From the NCBI GenBank assembly GCA_963782525.1, contig CAWAKC010000001.1, forward strand, positions 128,001 to 192,000: a DNA stretch of 64,000 nucleotides, given 5' to 3'. The stretch is from Candidatus Bathyarchaeota archaeon (GTDB taxonomy: Archaea; Thermoproteota; Bathyarchaeia; Bathyarchaeales; Bathycorpusculaceae). A program made the position numbers and the translations under genes. Shown here piece after piece: positions 11,625 through 21,745 of this stretch; the first letter of the stretch is position 1, and each line of letters starts with the position of its first letter. The notes under the pieces were generated by a model, which saw only the letters and a program-made list of their open reading frames with translations, ran no database searches and was not told the origin of the DNA.

Positions 11625-12366
11625 TAGCTTCTAAATAATCTTGTATGATTGCTATGTCTGAGGGTGGATACCCTGAATAATACTTGCCGAAGTAACCGAA
11701 AGCATCCATTTTGCCAAGGAAAGGCGTGAGTTTCTCTGCCTCCGCCTTTAGATCCACTGCCCTGTCGACTTCTATTTTACCCAAGGTTCCTTTGACTCTT
11801 TTGCGGTCCCCTTCCCAACGGATATACAAAAAATCTGCGGTTACTTCCCCAATTTGTGCCATTAGGGGGGTGTCAGCCCAAGCTAAAGCAACCGAGTTAT
11901 CTTTTAAAAGAGAGTAGAACTCTGGTGTTAGCCAGCTTTTGTTCCTAACTTCAATGACGTAACGGTGTACTTTAGGTAGTTTCTGCAAGTACACCTCTAA
12001 GTCGGAAAGATGTTCAACGCCGAAGTTTGGAGGAAACTGCAACAACAAGACTCCAAGCTTTTCCCCAAGCAAGCCTACTGTTTCAAGAAAAACATCTGTT
12101 TCATATTGGCAATCCTTGAGCATCCTTATGTGAGTTATAAGCTGGGGAAATTTGAGAGAGAAAAGAAAATTCGGGGTGCCCTGTTGTTTCCAGTTGGTTA
12201 CAGTCGTTTTGGCGGGGATTCGATAGAAAGTGCTGTCAACTTCAACGGTGTTAAACTGGTGGGCATAGTAGGTTAAGTAATCTTTGGAAACAGTTTTTTG
12301 GGGGTAAAAAACGCCTTTCCAGAAATCGTAGCTCCAGCCAATTGTGCCTAAATGGAGATTTTGCAT
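11596..12366 (-). CDS. DUF72 (YecE-like) protein
   Basis: GTIGWSY, VEVDSTFY, ITH, LLQFPP, IEVRNKSW. Confidence 0.9.
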   Translation of the reverse strand: MQNLHLGTIGWSYDFWKGVFYPQKTVSKDYLTYYAHQFNTVEVDSTFYRIPAKTTVTNWKQQGTPNFLFSLKFPQLITHIRMLKDCQYETDVFLETVGLLGEKLGVLLLQFPPNFGVEHLSDLEVYLQKLPKVHRYVIEVRNKSWLTPEFYSLLKDNSVALAWADTPLMAQIGEVTADFLYIRWEGDRKRVKGTLGKIEVDRAVDLKAEAEKLTPFLGKMDAFGYFGKYYSGYPPSDIAIIQDYLEANEAGRKNVF

Positions 12367-12367
12367 G

Positions 12368-13828
12368 CTACTCTTTTCCCTTTAGCAGTAACCAGTCATT
12401 GTCGCCAGCCTTTTTAAGCCGTACCAGAATGTAGCGTCCCTTGAGGCGTTGGCCGTCTAGGGTGACTTCGATTATGTCGTTCTCCCAGAGTTTAGCTTCG
12501 TAGTGTCCCTTATCCCAGATTTTCACAGTTCCAGCGCCATATTGCCCTTTGGGGATTTCGCCCTCAAAGCTGCCGTATTCGTAGGGGTGGTCTTCGGTTT
12601 CCACCGCTAAAACCTTCTGTCCAGCCTCAGGCATCCCCTTTGGAACTGCCCAGCTCTTGAGAACTCCATCCTTTTCCAATCTAAAGTCATAGTGGAGTCG
12701 TCTGGCATGGTGCTCTTGGATAACAAAGATGAGTTTATCCCCTTTTTTCTCTGGAACGCCTTTAGGTTCGGGGGTTTCTCCAAAATGACGTTTAGAGGCA
12801 TATTCAGACAGTTTCTCGTCTACTTCTGAAGCCTTTTCTTTGGCTCCACCTATATCCTCTCCGACACCTTCACTTTTTTTGGTTTCCAAGATTTGGTCAA
12901 TCGTACATTGTTCAGGTGGCTTATCATCTCTTAACCGTTTAAACCGTGCCATACGCAAACGCATATCCCTTGTTAACACTTGATAGGCGACTTCGCAAAC
13001 GAGTTTGGGTTCAAGCCACGTGACCACGTCGCCGGCTTCTGGCTTAAAGGGCGCAAGGTCAGTTTTTATTTTCTCAAATTTATCAGATAAAACCCCAATC
13101 ATCTGCTGAGTAAAACCCGTGCCCACCTTGCCCACATAGACAGGTTTACCGTTATCATAAACACCAAGCAACAGGGCGCCAAAAGTTTTCGCCCTAACCG
13201 CTTCGCCTCTTGTGTGCCCAAAGATTACGCAGTCACATGTTTTTAGTTTTTTTATCTTCAACCAACTCCCAGTCCGCAAACCTTCCTCGTATTGACTATC
13301 CTTGCGCTTCGCTACAACCCCCTCTAAGCCCTTTTCCAACACCAATTTGAAGTAGGATTCGCCTTTTTCTTCGATAAAATCGCATAAAAGCACGTTTGAG
13401 CCTTCAGGCAATGAGTCTTTCAGGATGGCTTTGCGCTCCATCAGTGGCAGTTCAGTCAGCGACTTTCCATCTTTCTCCAATATGTCAAAAACGATGTAGA
13501 CTACGGGGGCTCGACCTTCTTGGCGCTGGATTTCCCTCGTTGAAACGGCTTGCCCCCGTTCGAGGAGCGATTGGAAATCGGGTTTGCCCTCCCGCATCAC
13601 GATGATTTCGCCGTCAACAACTATGTTGTGGGCAAGCTTTGTTAGTTCCTGCAACTCGGAAAAATTTTGTTTCAACTCTTTCTCATTTCGACTCTTGAGG
13701 CTAAAGGGCTCCTCTACGTAAGCGATGGCGCGGAACCCGTCCCATTTAACCTCGAAAATCCAGTCCTTATCCGAAAAAGGCTCCTCAGCAACCTTTGCAA
13801 GCATAGGCAGGTAGATGCGGCGGCTCAT
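12368..13828 (-). CDS. ligD: NHEJ ATP-dependent DNA ligase (LigD LIG domain) fused to a C-terminal 3'-phosphoesterase (PE) domain
   Basis: EVKWDGFRA, VDGEI, FDIL, EGVVAK, WLKIK, VGKVGTGF; PE motifs KRHFGETPEP, IQEHHARRLHYDFRLE, SWAVPKG, EDHP, YGAG. Confidence 0.92.
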   Translation of the reverse strand: MSRRIYLPMLAKVAEEPFSDKDWIFEVKWDGFRAIAYVEEPFSLKSRNEKELKQNFSELQELTKLAHNIVVDGEIIVMREGKPDFQSLLERGQAVSTREIQRQEGRAPVVYIVFDILEKDGKSLTELPLMERKAILKDSLPEGSNVLLCDFIEEKGESYFKLVLEKGLEGVVAKRKDSQYEEGLRTGSWLKIKKLKTCDCVIFGHTRGEAVRAKTFGALLLGVYDNGKPVYVGKVGTGFTQQMIGVLSDKFEKIKTDLAPFKPEAGDVVTWLEPKLVCEVAYQVLTRDMRLRMARFKRLRDDKPPEQCTIDQILETKKSEGVGEDIGGAKEKASEVDEKLSEYASKRHFGETPEPKGVPEKKGDKLIFVIQEHHARRLHYDFRLEKDGVLKSWAVPKGMPEAGQKVLAVETEDHPYEYGSFEGEIPKGQYGAGTVKIWDKGHYEAKLWENDIIEVTLDGQRLKGRYILVRLKKAGDNDWLLLKGKE

Positions 13829-14661
13829 TTCTGCTCCAACTGTCTGAGGGTTTCCCGCAGGGCAACCATGAGGCCTTTGGCTTCGATTTCTGGAGGTTTC
13901 TCAATGTGGATTTTTTCGCCTTTCACTTTTTGTTTTACGAGTTCCTGCACTCGCTCCATGTAAGTGTCTTTGAATTCTGTTATATCGAATTCGCCTGAAA
14001 GGTCAGTGACGATTTTTACTGCAAGGTCTAATTCAGTTTTTTGGGGGGTTTCAAGCTTGTTTAAGGGTTCAAAATCTGTGGGGTCTACAACATCGTAGGC
14101 GTAACGTAGAGTCGTTAGAACCAAGGCTCCTTTGTAAGTGTGCAGAAGCGCTGGATATTCTTTGGTTCGGAGCATGATTCGTCCAGCGCCCGCCTTGTTT
14201 GTTTTTTCCAGCGCCTTTAACAATAAACTATAGGCATCTTTGCTTTTGTCAGGCAACAAAGCGTACGTTCTGTCAAAGTAGACAGGATCCACTGAAAAGT
14301 AATCGACAAACTTGCTTATGCGGATGCGCTTGTCGGATTCGGGTTTAGCCTCCTTAAGCTCCTTTTGGTCAAAGGTGATGTACTCGTTTTTAGCGACTTC
14401 GTAGCCGCGAACAACCTCATTCCAGGGCACTATTTTGTCATCTTTGGTGCACATCTTTACGTACTTTAAGGGTTGACCGTCGGTTTTATGCAGAAAATGA
14501 AACGCGATGCCCTTATCATAAATCATCGAAAACAACTTTACTGGAACATTCACCAAGCCAATCGTGATGTTTCCTGACCAAATGGATCTACTGGGGGCAG
14601 AAGCACTGGTTTTCTCTGTTGACTGATCGAGGTTTTCTTGTTCTTCTTGCTCTAAACTCAA
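13825..14661 (-). CDS. ku: Ku DNA end-binding protein
   Basis: RSIWSGNITIGLVNVPVKL, VRGYE, DPVYFDRTY, FKDTY, LMVALRETL; overlaps the ligase start. Confidence 0.95.
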   Translation of the reverse strand: MSLEQEEQENLDQSTEKTSASAPSRSIWSGNITIGLVNVPVKLFSMIYDKGIAFHFLHKTDGQPLKYVKMCTKDDKIVPWNEVVRGYEVAKNEYITFDQKELKEAKPESDKRIRISKFVDYFSVDPVYFDRTYALLPDKSKDAYSLLLKALEKTNKAGAGRIMLRTKEYPALLHTYKGALVLTTLRYAYDVVDPTDFEPLNKLETPQKTELDLAVKIVTDLSGEFDITEFKDTYMERVQELVKQKVKGEKIHIEKPPEIEAKGLMVALRETLRQLEQK

Positions 14662-14797
14662 AATTTTAACTCTCCAAAACCGTCAAAATCTGATTAAAAT
14701 AACTATGCGGCTTCAAAGGTTTAACCTTTTTCCGACTCCTATCATGATGAAAGAGAAGTGCCATGCTCTTATCTAAAAGTTTTTGTCCCCGCTTAGC

Positions 14798-16005
14798 TTA
14801 TGATTTTCTATTTGGGAACTGCACCATGTTGGCTTTCATGGCTGAAAGTGCTGCTTCTGCCTTTGGACCGCCTAAGTCTTTGGCAACTTCTTTTAGTTTC
14901 TCAGGGATGTTTATGTGCTGTGGATACCGTTCCAAGCATTTTTTGCATCCTTTACACAACGCCGCATCCGCTCGTGAACCCGTCAAACCACCCATCAGGA
15001 ACATAGCGTACATGCTACGAGTTTGTTGCTCGTCGCCTGACAAGTACAGTTCGTTGTAGGCTTGGAAGTTGCGGGGGATGTTTACGCCGTTTATGCAGGG
15101 CAAACAGTATTGGCAACCAGTGCAAGAAACCTTGAGGAGTTTTCGGTAAGCATCAGCAACCTGTTTTATCAATGCGAGTTCATTTGGATTCATGGAGTTT
15201 GGCAAGGCGACTTCAGCAGTTCTAATGTTTTCCATCACTTGGCTTTCCTCGTTCATGCCAGAAAGTACAAGGGTTACTTCAGGATGATTCCAAACCCACC
15301 GTAGTCCCCACTCAGCAGGACTTCGCTTAACTGCTGCATCATCATAGAATTTTTTAGCTTCGTTGGGTAGTTTATTTGCTAAGCTGCCGCCACGTAGAGG
15401 CTCCATAACCATGACTGCAAGCTTTTTTGAAGCAGCATACTTGAGACCTTCGGTACCCGCCTGCAGTTTTTCATCAAGGAAGTTGTACTGGATTTGGCAC
15501 ATAGTCCAGTCATTGGCTGCGATGATTTCTTTAAAAGTGGGAAGAGAACCATGGAAGGAGAATCCCATGTTAACGATTTTTCCTTCTGCTTTGGCTTTCT
15601 CCAAAAATTTTATGACTCCAAATCCCTGCAGTTTCTTCCAGAACTCGGCTTCTAACCCATGTAACAGGTAGTAGTCTATGTGTTCAGTTTGGAGTTTCTG
15701 CAACTGCAAGTTAAGCATTTTCTCCATATCTTCGGCCCGTCTAAGCATGAATGGGGTGAGTTTTGTGGCGACTTTGACTTTGTTTCGGTAGCCATCGAGC
15801 AGGGCTTTACCGAGGATTTTTTCGCTTTCACCCATATGGTAGGGGGAGCGGAGTCAACATAGTTTACGCCGTTGTCTATTGCAAGGCGGATTTGTTTAAT
15901 AGCGCGTTCTTCATCGACAACTTGCCCTTTCATGGGTAGACGCATACATCCGAACCCGAGGGCGGATAGTTTGTCGTTATTTTTTGGAACAATCCTGTAT
16001 TGCAT
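14798..16005 (-). CDS. Aldo/keto reductase with C-terminal 4Fe-4S domain (frameshift in G-run at ~15842-15846)
   Basis: LGFGCMRLP, IDYYLLH, GFSFH, QIQYN, MEPLRGG, CTGCQYCLPC. Confidence 0.88.
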
Positions 16006-16081
16006 GACTTCACACTCAAAGATTAGGTACTAAATAGCAAAAATAACGCATAACTTTTAAAGATTAACCAACTCTGAAAAA

Positions 16082-17077
16082 TTAGAGTTTCAAGACTGCT
16101 CTTTTTTCAAAAATATCTTTCCACGGATTACCCGTCCGCTTAACTACAGTAGAAATAGTGTAGTCGGTTGGGTTTATTCCTTTCTTCACTTCATTCCACT
16201 CCAAGGGAGTTGAAACGGTAGCGTCAGGCGTCGGACGCAAACTGTAGGGAACAACCATCGTGCGCAAAGGCGAATTCTGCAAGTAATCAGCAAAAACTTT
16301 GCCGGGCTTCTTGGTGTCCTTGAATTCGGATACAACCAGTTCACTTTCTTTTGTCAGCTCAACGCCAACTTCATGAACAAAAGCCCTCGCTTTCGCAAAG
16401 GAATATTCAGGTTCAATGGGAATTACAACATGCAACCCTTTTTTGCCCGAAGTCTTCACAAAAGGAGTAAGTCCTAAGTCAAGAAGCTTATCTTTCAACA
16501 ACAACGAAGCTTCCGCAGCGTCACTCAAAGTTGCAGGCGGTTCAGGGTCAACATCAAAGAACAGCAAGTCAGGCGTATCCAAGGCGTCGATTTTGGAGAA
16601 AGGCATATGGATTTCCAAAGAAGCCAAGTTCGCCAGCCAAATGAGCGTGTCTAAGTCATTGCAAACGATGTAGTAAACATCCCGCTTCGAGGTTGGTGAG
16701 TAGATTTTTTTGGTTTTGACCCAGTAGGGGGTTCCTTCGGGTGCATTCTTTTCGAAAAAACTAACCTTATCGCCCTCGATGCCATCTGGGTACCTGGTTA
16801 AAACTAAAGGTCTGTCGGCTATGACGGGGAGAATTTTTGGAGCCATCCGAATGTAATATTCAACAACTTGGCCTTTGGTTACTTTGTTTTTGGGATAGAA
16901 GACTTTGTCGAGGTTTTTTAAGTCAACTTTAGTTAAGTCTTTGAGTTCTTCGGTCATAGTTTTGCTCCAAAAATCAGCGTTATCTAATGTTAGGTGGAGC
17001 TTGTTTTTCTGCTTTTTGGAAGCCCACACATACCTTTGGCAGATTACACAAACGTTCAAGTTTTCCTTGAAAAACAC
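16082..17077 (-). CDS. LigD polymerase/primase (POL, AEP superfamily) stand-alone protein
   Basis: NLDKVFYP, LTRYPDGI, FFEKNAP, FDVDP, KTSGKKGLHV, DYLQN, PYSLR, VSTPLEW; true start probably ~16956. Confidence 0.92.
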   Translation of the reverse strand: MFFKENLNVCVICQRYVWASKKQKNKLHLTLDNADFWSKTMTEELKDLTKVDLKNLDKVFYPKNKVTKGQVVEYYIRMAPKILPVIADRPLVLTRYPDGIEGDKVSFFEKNAPEGTPYWVKTKKIYSPTSKRDVYYIVCNDLDTLIWLANLASLEIHMPFSKIDALDTPDLLFFDVDPEPPATLSDAAEASLLLKDKLLDLGLTPFVKTSGKKGLHVVIPIEPEYSFAKARAFVHEVGVELTKESELVVSEFKDTKKPGKVFADYLQNSPLRTMVVPYSLRPTPDATVSTPLEWNEVKKGINPTDYTISTVVKRTGNPWKDIFEKRAVLKL

Positions 17078-17171
17078 GTTTTTTAGCAGTTACATCTATA
17101 TAGCTAAGGGGGCATTACTAGTAAATTGCGGAAGTTAATCTAGAAAAAGTAAATTTTAGGGCTAACTTAGT

Positions 17172-17846
17172 TTGCTGTTTCCAAGATTATTCGCTAAATT
17201 AAAGGAGAATAAAATAAGTATGAAACCAAAAAAGCCCACCCTTGAAGACCAGCTTGCCTTCATCGCTACACAGCATGAAGTGTACCCAACCGAGCTCTTC
17301 CAAGCCTTAATTGAGGCAAAAGAGCAGGGTAAACCGATGTCGGTCTCAGATTTAACTGTAGAATACCGGGGAAATGTTACAACCCAAGCAATCTTTCTAA
17401 TTACAAAAGATACCAAAGTAGTGGCTCAGTTTCGGGTCCCAGATGAAACCCTTGCAAGAACCGACGTTTCATTCGATCATTCGATGGACACGAACAAAGT
17501 ACGCAAAGAAATCGCCCGCCAAAACCCAGCGCCCTCACACTACAAAATAGAGAATCTACGCGTCGGCATGAAAAAAATCAATGTTGCCGCCGAAGTTCTG
17601 CAGACCGCTGAACCCGCTAAAGTTCATACACAATTCCGAGACAACGCCGTCGTTTCTAACGCATCCATCGGGGATGATACAGGAAAAATTCTGCTTTGCC
17701 TGTGGGATCAACAGATAGGCTCAGTTCACGTCGGCGACTTCATAGAAGTCAAGAATGCTCATGTAGCCATGTTTAAAGGCGAAAAACAGCTGAGACTCGG
17801 TAAGAACGGGTCAATCACCATTTTAGAAAAACCCATAGAAAACTAA
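17172..17846 (+). CDS. OB-fold ssDNA-binding (RPA/SSB-like) protein with N-terminal extension
   Basis: C-terminal IGDDTGKILLCLWD...GDFIEVKNAHV..FKGEKQLRLGK; start probably ATG 17220. Confidence 0.75.
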   Translation: MLFPRLFAKLKENKISMKPKKPTLEDQLAFIATQHEVYPTELFQALIEAKEQGKPMSVSDLTVEYRGNVTTQAIFLITKDTKVVAQFRVPDETLARTDVSFDHSMDTNKVRKEIARQNPAPSHYKIENLRVGMKKINVAAEVLQTAEPAKVHTQFRDNAVVSNASIGDDTGKILLCLWDQQIGSVHVGDFIEVKNAHVAMFKGEKQLRLGKNGSITILEKPIEN

Positions 17847-18013
17847 ACGACACTTTATTTTTTTATTTAAAGCAGTCAATTTTTAATTTTCAGATAAAAA
17901 GCGTTTTCAAATATTGCCGATTTCTCAAGTATTAACAAAGGCAAAAAACCATTTTTACCAAACAGACAAGAAAGTGAAAATTAAAAAATAAAAATGTTGA
18001 TGAAAATACGTTT

Positions 18014-18394
18014 TTAAACGTATTTTTTGTCGTTATAGCAGTACCATCTTTGGTATTGAGGTATCCAAGTTAAGGGTCTACCGCATGTTGGGCACATCGG
18101 CTGTGTTGTCTGTGTTTGGGCTTGTTGGACTGGTTGAGCTACAGCTTGAGTTGGCTGATATGTGTTTTGAACCATCTGTGGCTTTAGAAGGATGAAGTCT
18201 GTTGCGGCTTGCACATCTTCCCATGCGACGGTTTGGATTTCGCCACTGTCACTTTCAACTGTTAGTGCAATTCCATTTTTTCCAACGGAGAAAGCGAGGT
18301 CCTTTACTTTTCCTATTAGGCGCCCTTTTGCATCTATAACTTGCATCGAAACTAATGCGTCTCTGGTTAATGGTTTATCAGTTGTTTTTTCCAT
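18014..18394 (-). CDS. PRC-barrel protein with Q-rich linker and C-terminal zinc ribbon
   Basis: MQVIDAKGRLIGKVKDL...VAWEDVQAATDFILL; CPTCG...WYCYND. Confidence 0.75.
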   Translation of the reverse strand: MEKTTDKPLTRDALVSMQVIDAKGRLIGKVKDLAFSVGKNGIALTVESDSGEIQTVAWEDVQAATDFILLKPQMVQNTYQPTQAVAQPVQQAQTQTTQPMCPTCGRPLTWIPQYQRWYCYNDKKYV

Positions 18395-18463
18395 CTTGAC
18401 TCACTACTCTTCTCTTAGGGAATTCGGGTTTAAAGTTTTTTCGTTTCTACCTCAAACCACAGT

Positions 18464-18985
18464 CTATTGTAGAGGGATTTCCCAGTAACTTATTATGTCG
18501 CCTTTCACCCATTTGCCGCCTAAACTTCTCACAACCTCATTGATGTCATCCCATTCAGCCTTCAAGAACACCACAGGCTTAGCAACCACACAATCCGCTT
18601 TAACGGTGAAGCTAAGCAATTTTCGCTGTTCAGGACTAAATTCATTCTCCATTTTGCTTGCCATCCGACTTGGCTGGGGCGTAGGGAGCTTCGCAACCAT
18701 AGATTTAGCTTCGAGCACAACTTGAGGTTTCATCCCTGCGGCAGGCTTAGATACAATTTTTAATTCCGTAGTTTTAGATAGAAGAATCTCTGGTATCGGC
18801 ATGGATTCGGCAACGTCCTCGAAACTTTCACTTCTGACAACCATGGAAATTTGCTTGGTGAACAGGTCCATTTTTACATCTAAAATTTCAGCATCGCTTG
18901 GCAAGGTAGAAGAAAATGGGGATGCTTTGCCTTGGAGCAAACCTGAAAGGGATTCAGGCGTTAGTTTGACGATTCGGATTTTCAT
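18464..18985 (-). CDS. Hypothetical protein
   Basis: 173-aa ORF with plausible start and composition; no motif recognised. Confidence 0.65.
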   Translation of the reverse strand: MKIRIVKLTPESLSGLLQGKASPFSSTLPSDAEILDVKMDLFTKQISMVVRSESFEDVAESMPIPEILLSKTTELKIVSKPAAGMKPQVVLEAKSMVAKLPTPQPSRMASKMENEFSPEQRKLLSFTVKADCVVAKPVVFLKAEWDDINEVVRSLGGKWVKGDIISYWEIPLQ

Positions 18986-19068
18986 TTACAGCCGCTCAAA
19001 TTGCCTTTAGGGACTGATAACTTAAAAATATTTTCTATCTATATAAAAAAAGGAAGTTAAGAAAAAGT

Positions 19069-19698
19069 TTACGTGAGTTTGGTGGCTCGGCGATTGCGCC
19101 ATTCTACAAAAGTGCCCGAGTATACTCCCCAGCACATCAGCCTAGGTGTAACTGTTCTCAGTAAAGCTGGGCATACAGCAAGTTGAATGACGAAGTTGAG
19201 AGCAAAGGTAGCAAGCATCACAACTGCGAAGGAGAAATCGCCTATTAGGCTGAATCCTAGTACCCCGATATTGAATAGGTACGTATATTGCCATAGGATA
19301 TAGGCTGTTCCGATAAACAGTGTAATGGCGTAGATAGCAACAAGGATGAGAAGGCTTCTTTTTTGCTTACTGCTTACAGCATTTCTCGGGATGAGAAGCC
19401 AATTTAAGCCGAAGATGATTAACGCTGTTACTGATTCTACCCATGCAGCGTAAGGAGGTACTTGCTCAACATATACGCCGCCAATAAAAGCTCCGATCAT
19501 GCATCCTGCAAGACCACTCCACCCAAACCATACAGGAAAGACACCTAGTAAAATTACTGGAAGGTAAAGAAGGGTAAATCCGGGTAGCATACCTGGAGCT
19601 GATCCATAAAATAATATGGCGTAAATTGCGGCTACCATTGCAGTTATTGCAACTTGTTTTGCTTTACTTTGTTGGGCCATCATCAGTTCAATGTTCAA
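19069..19698 (-). CDS. QueT/ECF S-component-like membrane protein
   Basis: VAITAMVAAIYA N-terminal helix, G..IGAFIG, ~6 TMs. Confidence 0.55.
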   Translation of the reverse strand: MNIELMMAQQSKAKQVAITAMVAAIYAILFYGSAPGMLPGFTLLYLPVILLGVFPVWFGWSGLAGCMIGAFIGGVYVEQVPPYAAWVESVTALIIFGLNWLLIPRNAVSSKQKRSLLILVAIYAITLFIGTAYILWQYTYLFNIGVLGFSLIGDFSFAVVMLATFALNFVIQLAVCPALLRTVTPRLMCWGVYSGTFVEWRNRRATKLT

Positions 19699-19869
19699 TC
19701 CTTATGTTTTAGCAATGAACGGTTTCAAAGATGAGATTACATAAAAGCATTGTCATTCGTCTTACGGATGTAATACAAATATGGATGAGCGACGATTTTC
19801 AAATAGCCAACTATAAAAGTTCCCATCGCAGAGAAATAAAAGCATAAGCAAATCAATCGCTGGGAAAAA

Positions 19870-20796
19870 ATGACTAACCAACAGCGCAAAAAAATCGTTA
19901 TGGTCATCGCAGTCACAATCCTAATCGCCTTGAATCTATATACATTCATTGCAGCTTACCCAGAAACCTACACGCCCTCACCAGGCATCAACACTCAAGG
20001 CACCATACTCGCAAAAGATTTTTCGGCCTATTACGTGGGCGCATGGAGACTCTGGAATAATCCGTCGCAAGTTTTTCATTTCGGCGCATTAGGCGGAGCT
20101 GAGCCTCTCACGCCGCCGCAACCTGAAGCCTACAAGTACCTGCCCTCATTTCTAGTAATTGCATCGCCTTTGCTATCGCTGGATTACCAACAAGCCTTGT
20201 TAGCTTTTGACATTGTTCAGTTTTTGTTTCTACCCATAATGGCATGCATGCTCTACAAACTCTTAGAATCCAAACACCTTGCCGTAACCTTTGCTGTAAT
20301 GGTTATTGCATTGCTGCTGCCGTTCCCATCTCCGAATGGGGGCTTATCTCTAAGTTACTATTGGCAATGGGGTGAAGGACAAGCCAAAGTATTTCTCGCG
20401 TTTCTGCTTCTTCTCGGCTTCTACCTTGGCAGTAAAGGCAGGCCAGTGCTGTCGGGAGTTGCGTTGGCACTGGGATTTTTCGATGTAAGATTTGGCTTGC
20501 TTGCCCTTCCACTCTTCATAATGTACAACCGCAAAAACCTCAAAACAGCAATCCCAAGCGCAATCGCAGCATTAGCGCTCTCAAACATTTTGTTGCTTTA
20601 TCCAGGCATGGGCGCAGGGTTCATAAGCATGGTTTTTGGCTCAGGAATCACAACACCACTTTACTATTACGCGCTCATACCATTCCTCACTTTAATGGCA
20701 TTGATAGTTGTTAATTTCAAAGAGTTGGTTGCAGCATTCGATTACAAAAGACTCTTTGCCAGATTCACGGGTCCATCAGAAACAACAGAAAAGTAA
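19870..20796 (+). CDS. GT87/DUF2029-like membrane glycosyltransferase
   Basis: KDFSAYY, YKYLP, EGQ, multiple TMs. Confidence 0.65.
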   Translation: MTNQQRKKIVMVIAVTILIALNLYTFIAAYPETYTPSPGINTQGTILAKDFSAYYVGAWRLWNNPSQVFHFGALGGAEPLTPPQPEAYKYLPSFLVIASPLLSLDYQQALLAFDIVQFLFLPIMACMLYKLLESKHLAVTFAVMVIALLLPFPSPNGGLSLSYYWQWGEGQAKVFLAFLLLLGFYLGSKGRPVLSGVALALGFFDVRFGLLALPLFIMYNRKNLKTAIPSAIAALALSNILLLYPGMGAGFISMVFGSGITTPLYYYALIPFLTLMALIVVNFKELVAAFDYKRLFARFTGPSETTEK

Positions 20797-20825
20797 CTGT
20801 TATGTCTTTGGACGTTTCCAAGAAA

Positions 20826-21074
20826 TCAGACGAATACTATTACTACAATTCCAGAAAGTATAGTGCTGTATCTAGCCAGTAGTTTGAACCAAGAGGGTGG
20901 TCTAGGCCCATCCTTTGTTGCTTCGTTTAGCCCCAAAGCTATAGTCACTACGCCTAATATTAACGCTAAAGTTTTGAGTATTATAGATAGCTTGTGCCTC
21001 AACTTTTCTGGCGCCTCCTTGATTTTGCAGATTTCCATGTATTCTATGCGGAGTTTTGTCAAATATAAGAGCAT
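20826..21074 (-). CDS. Small hypothetical membrane protein
   Basis: 82-aa ORF with two hydrophobic segments. Confidence 0.4.
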   Translation of the reverse strand: MLLYLTKLRIEYMEICKIKEAPEKLRHKLSIILKTLALILGVVTIALGLNEATKDGPRPPSWFKLLARYSTILSGIVVIVFV

Positions 21075-21137
21075 TTTTTCAGATGAAATTTGGTTATCGA
21101 GAACTAACAGATATTAGCTTGGAAAGATCATTCTATA

Positions 21138-21569
21138 GTGTGGGTGCAGTTATTGAAGCTAAAGCTACAGATATTCACGCAAGATAACCTTGAAGGCAAC
21201 TACGTAGGCAGGCACTACCGCATCGCCGTAGTTGACTCGGATAAATCTAAGAGTTATCCATCGAATTTTATCTGTATGCTGCCATCTCAGATAAGTGTGG
21301 ACCAAAAAAAGAACAATGTTTTTTCAAAGATGTTCGGCGACAAATGTCAAGAACAAGCCAAAGTGCTCTTAACCCATGCTTTAGTGAGCGAGAATGACTC
21401 GGATGTAAAAAACGAGATTGAACGAAGACTCAAACTTCTCGACCCAAAAACCGTTAACCAGATAAAATGCAGCTCATGCGGAAAACTCTACCAGCCCCGA
21501 CGAATAAAACGGTTTAAACGAAATTATTGTCAAGAATGCATGACCAAAAGCTATGGCAATCGTGGATAG
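21138..21569 (+). CDS. Hypothetical protein with C-terminal C4 zinc finger
   Basis: CSSCG...YCQEC. Confidence 0.65.
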   Translation: MWVQLLKLKLQIFTQDNLEGNYVGRHYRIAVVDSDKSKSYPSNFICMLPSQISVDQKKNNVFSKMFGDKCQEQAKVLLTHALVSENDSDVKNEIERRLKLLDPKTVNQIKCSSCGKLYQPRRIKRFKRNYCQECMTKSYGNRG

Positions 21570-21745
21570 ATTAAGGAAGTGGTCTGTTTACTTCGCGATT
21601 GAAAAAACCCAAGCTGAAAGGGAGAGAGCTTCTCAACCGCTTCACAAGCTCTCCTCACAATCAACTAAGCGTTTCCACGCTGATTAAAGGGTTAACAAAC
21701 AGTTCAGCAAAAAACCTGAGTGTTGGTTTGAGCAGAAAAAACGTT

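Noticed and set aside
15835-15850. Programmed frameshifting in the AKR, argF or vapC genes
   Set aside because: No slippery heptamer with downstream structure is evident; single-base indels in an error-prone assembly are the simpler explanation.
21619-21656. Inverted repeat GAGAGCTT...AAGCTCTC between convergent genes
   Set aside because: Single copy with no ncRNA hallmark; at most a terminator-like hairpin.
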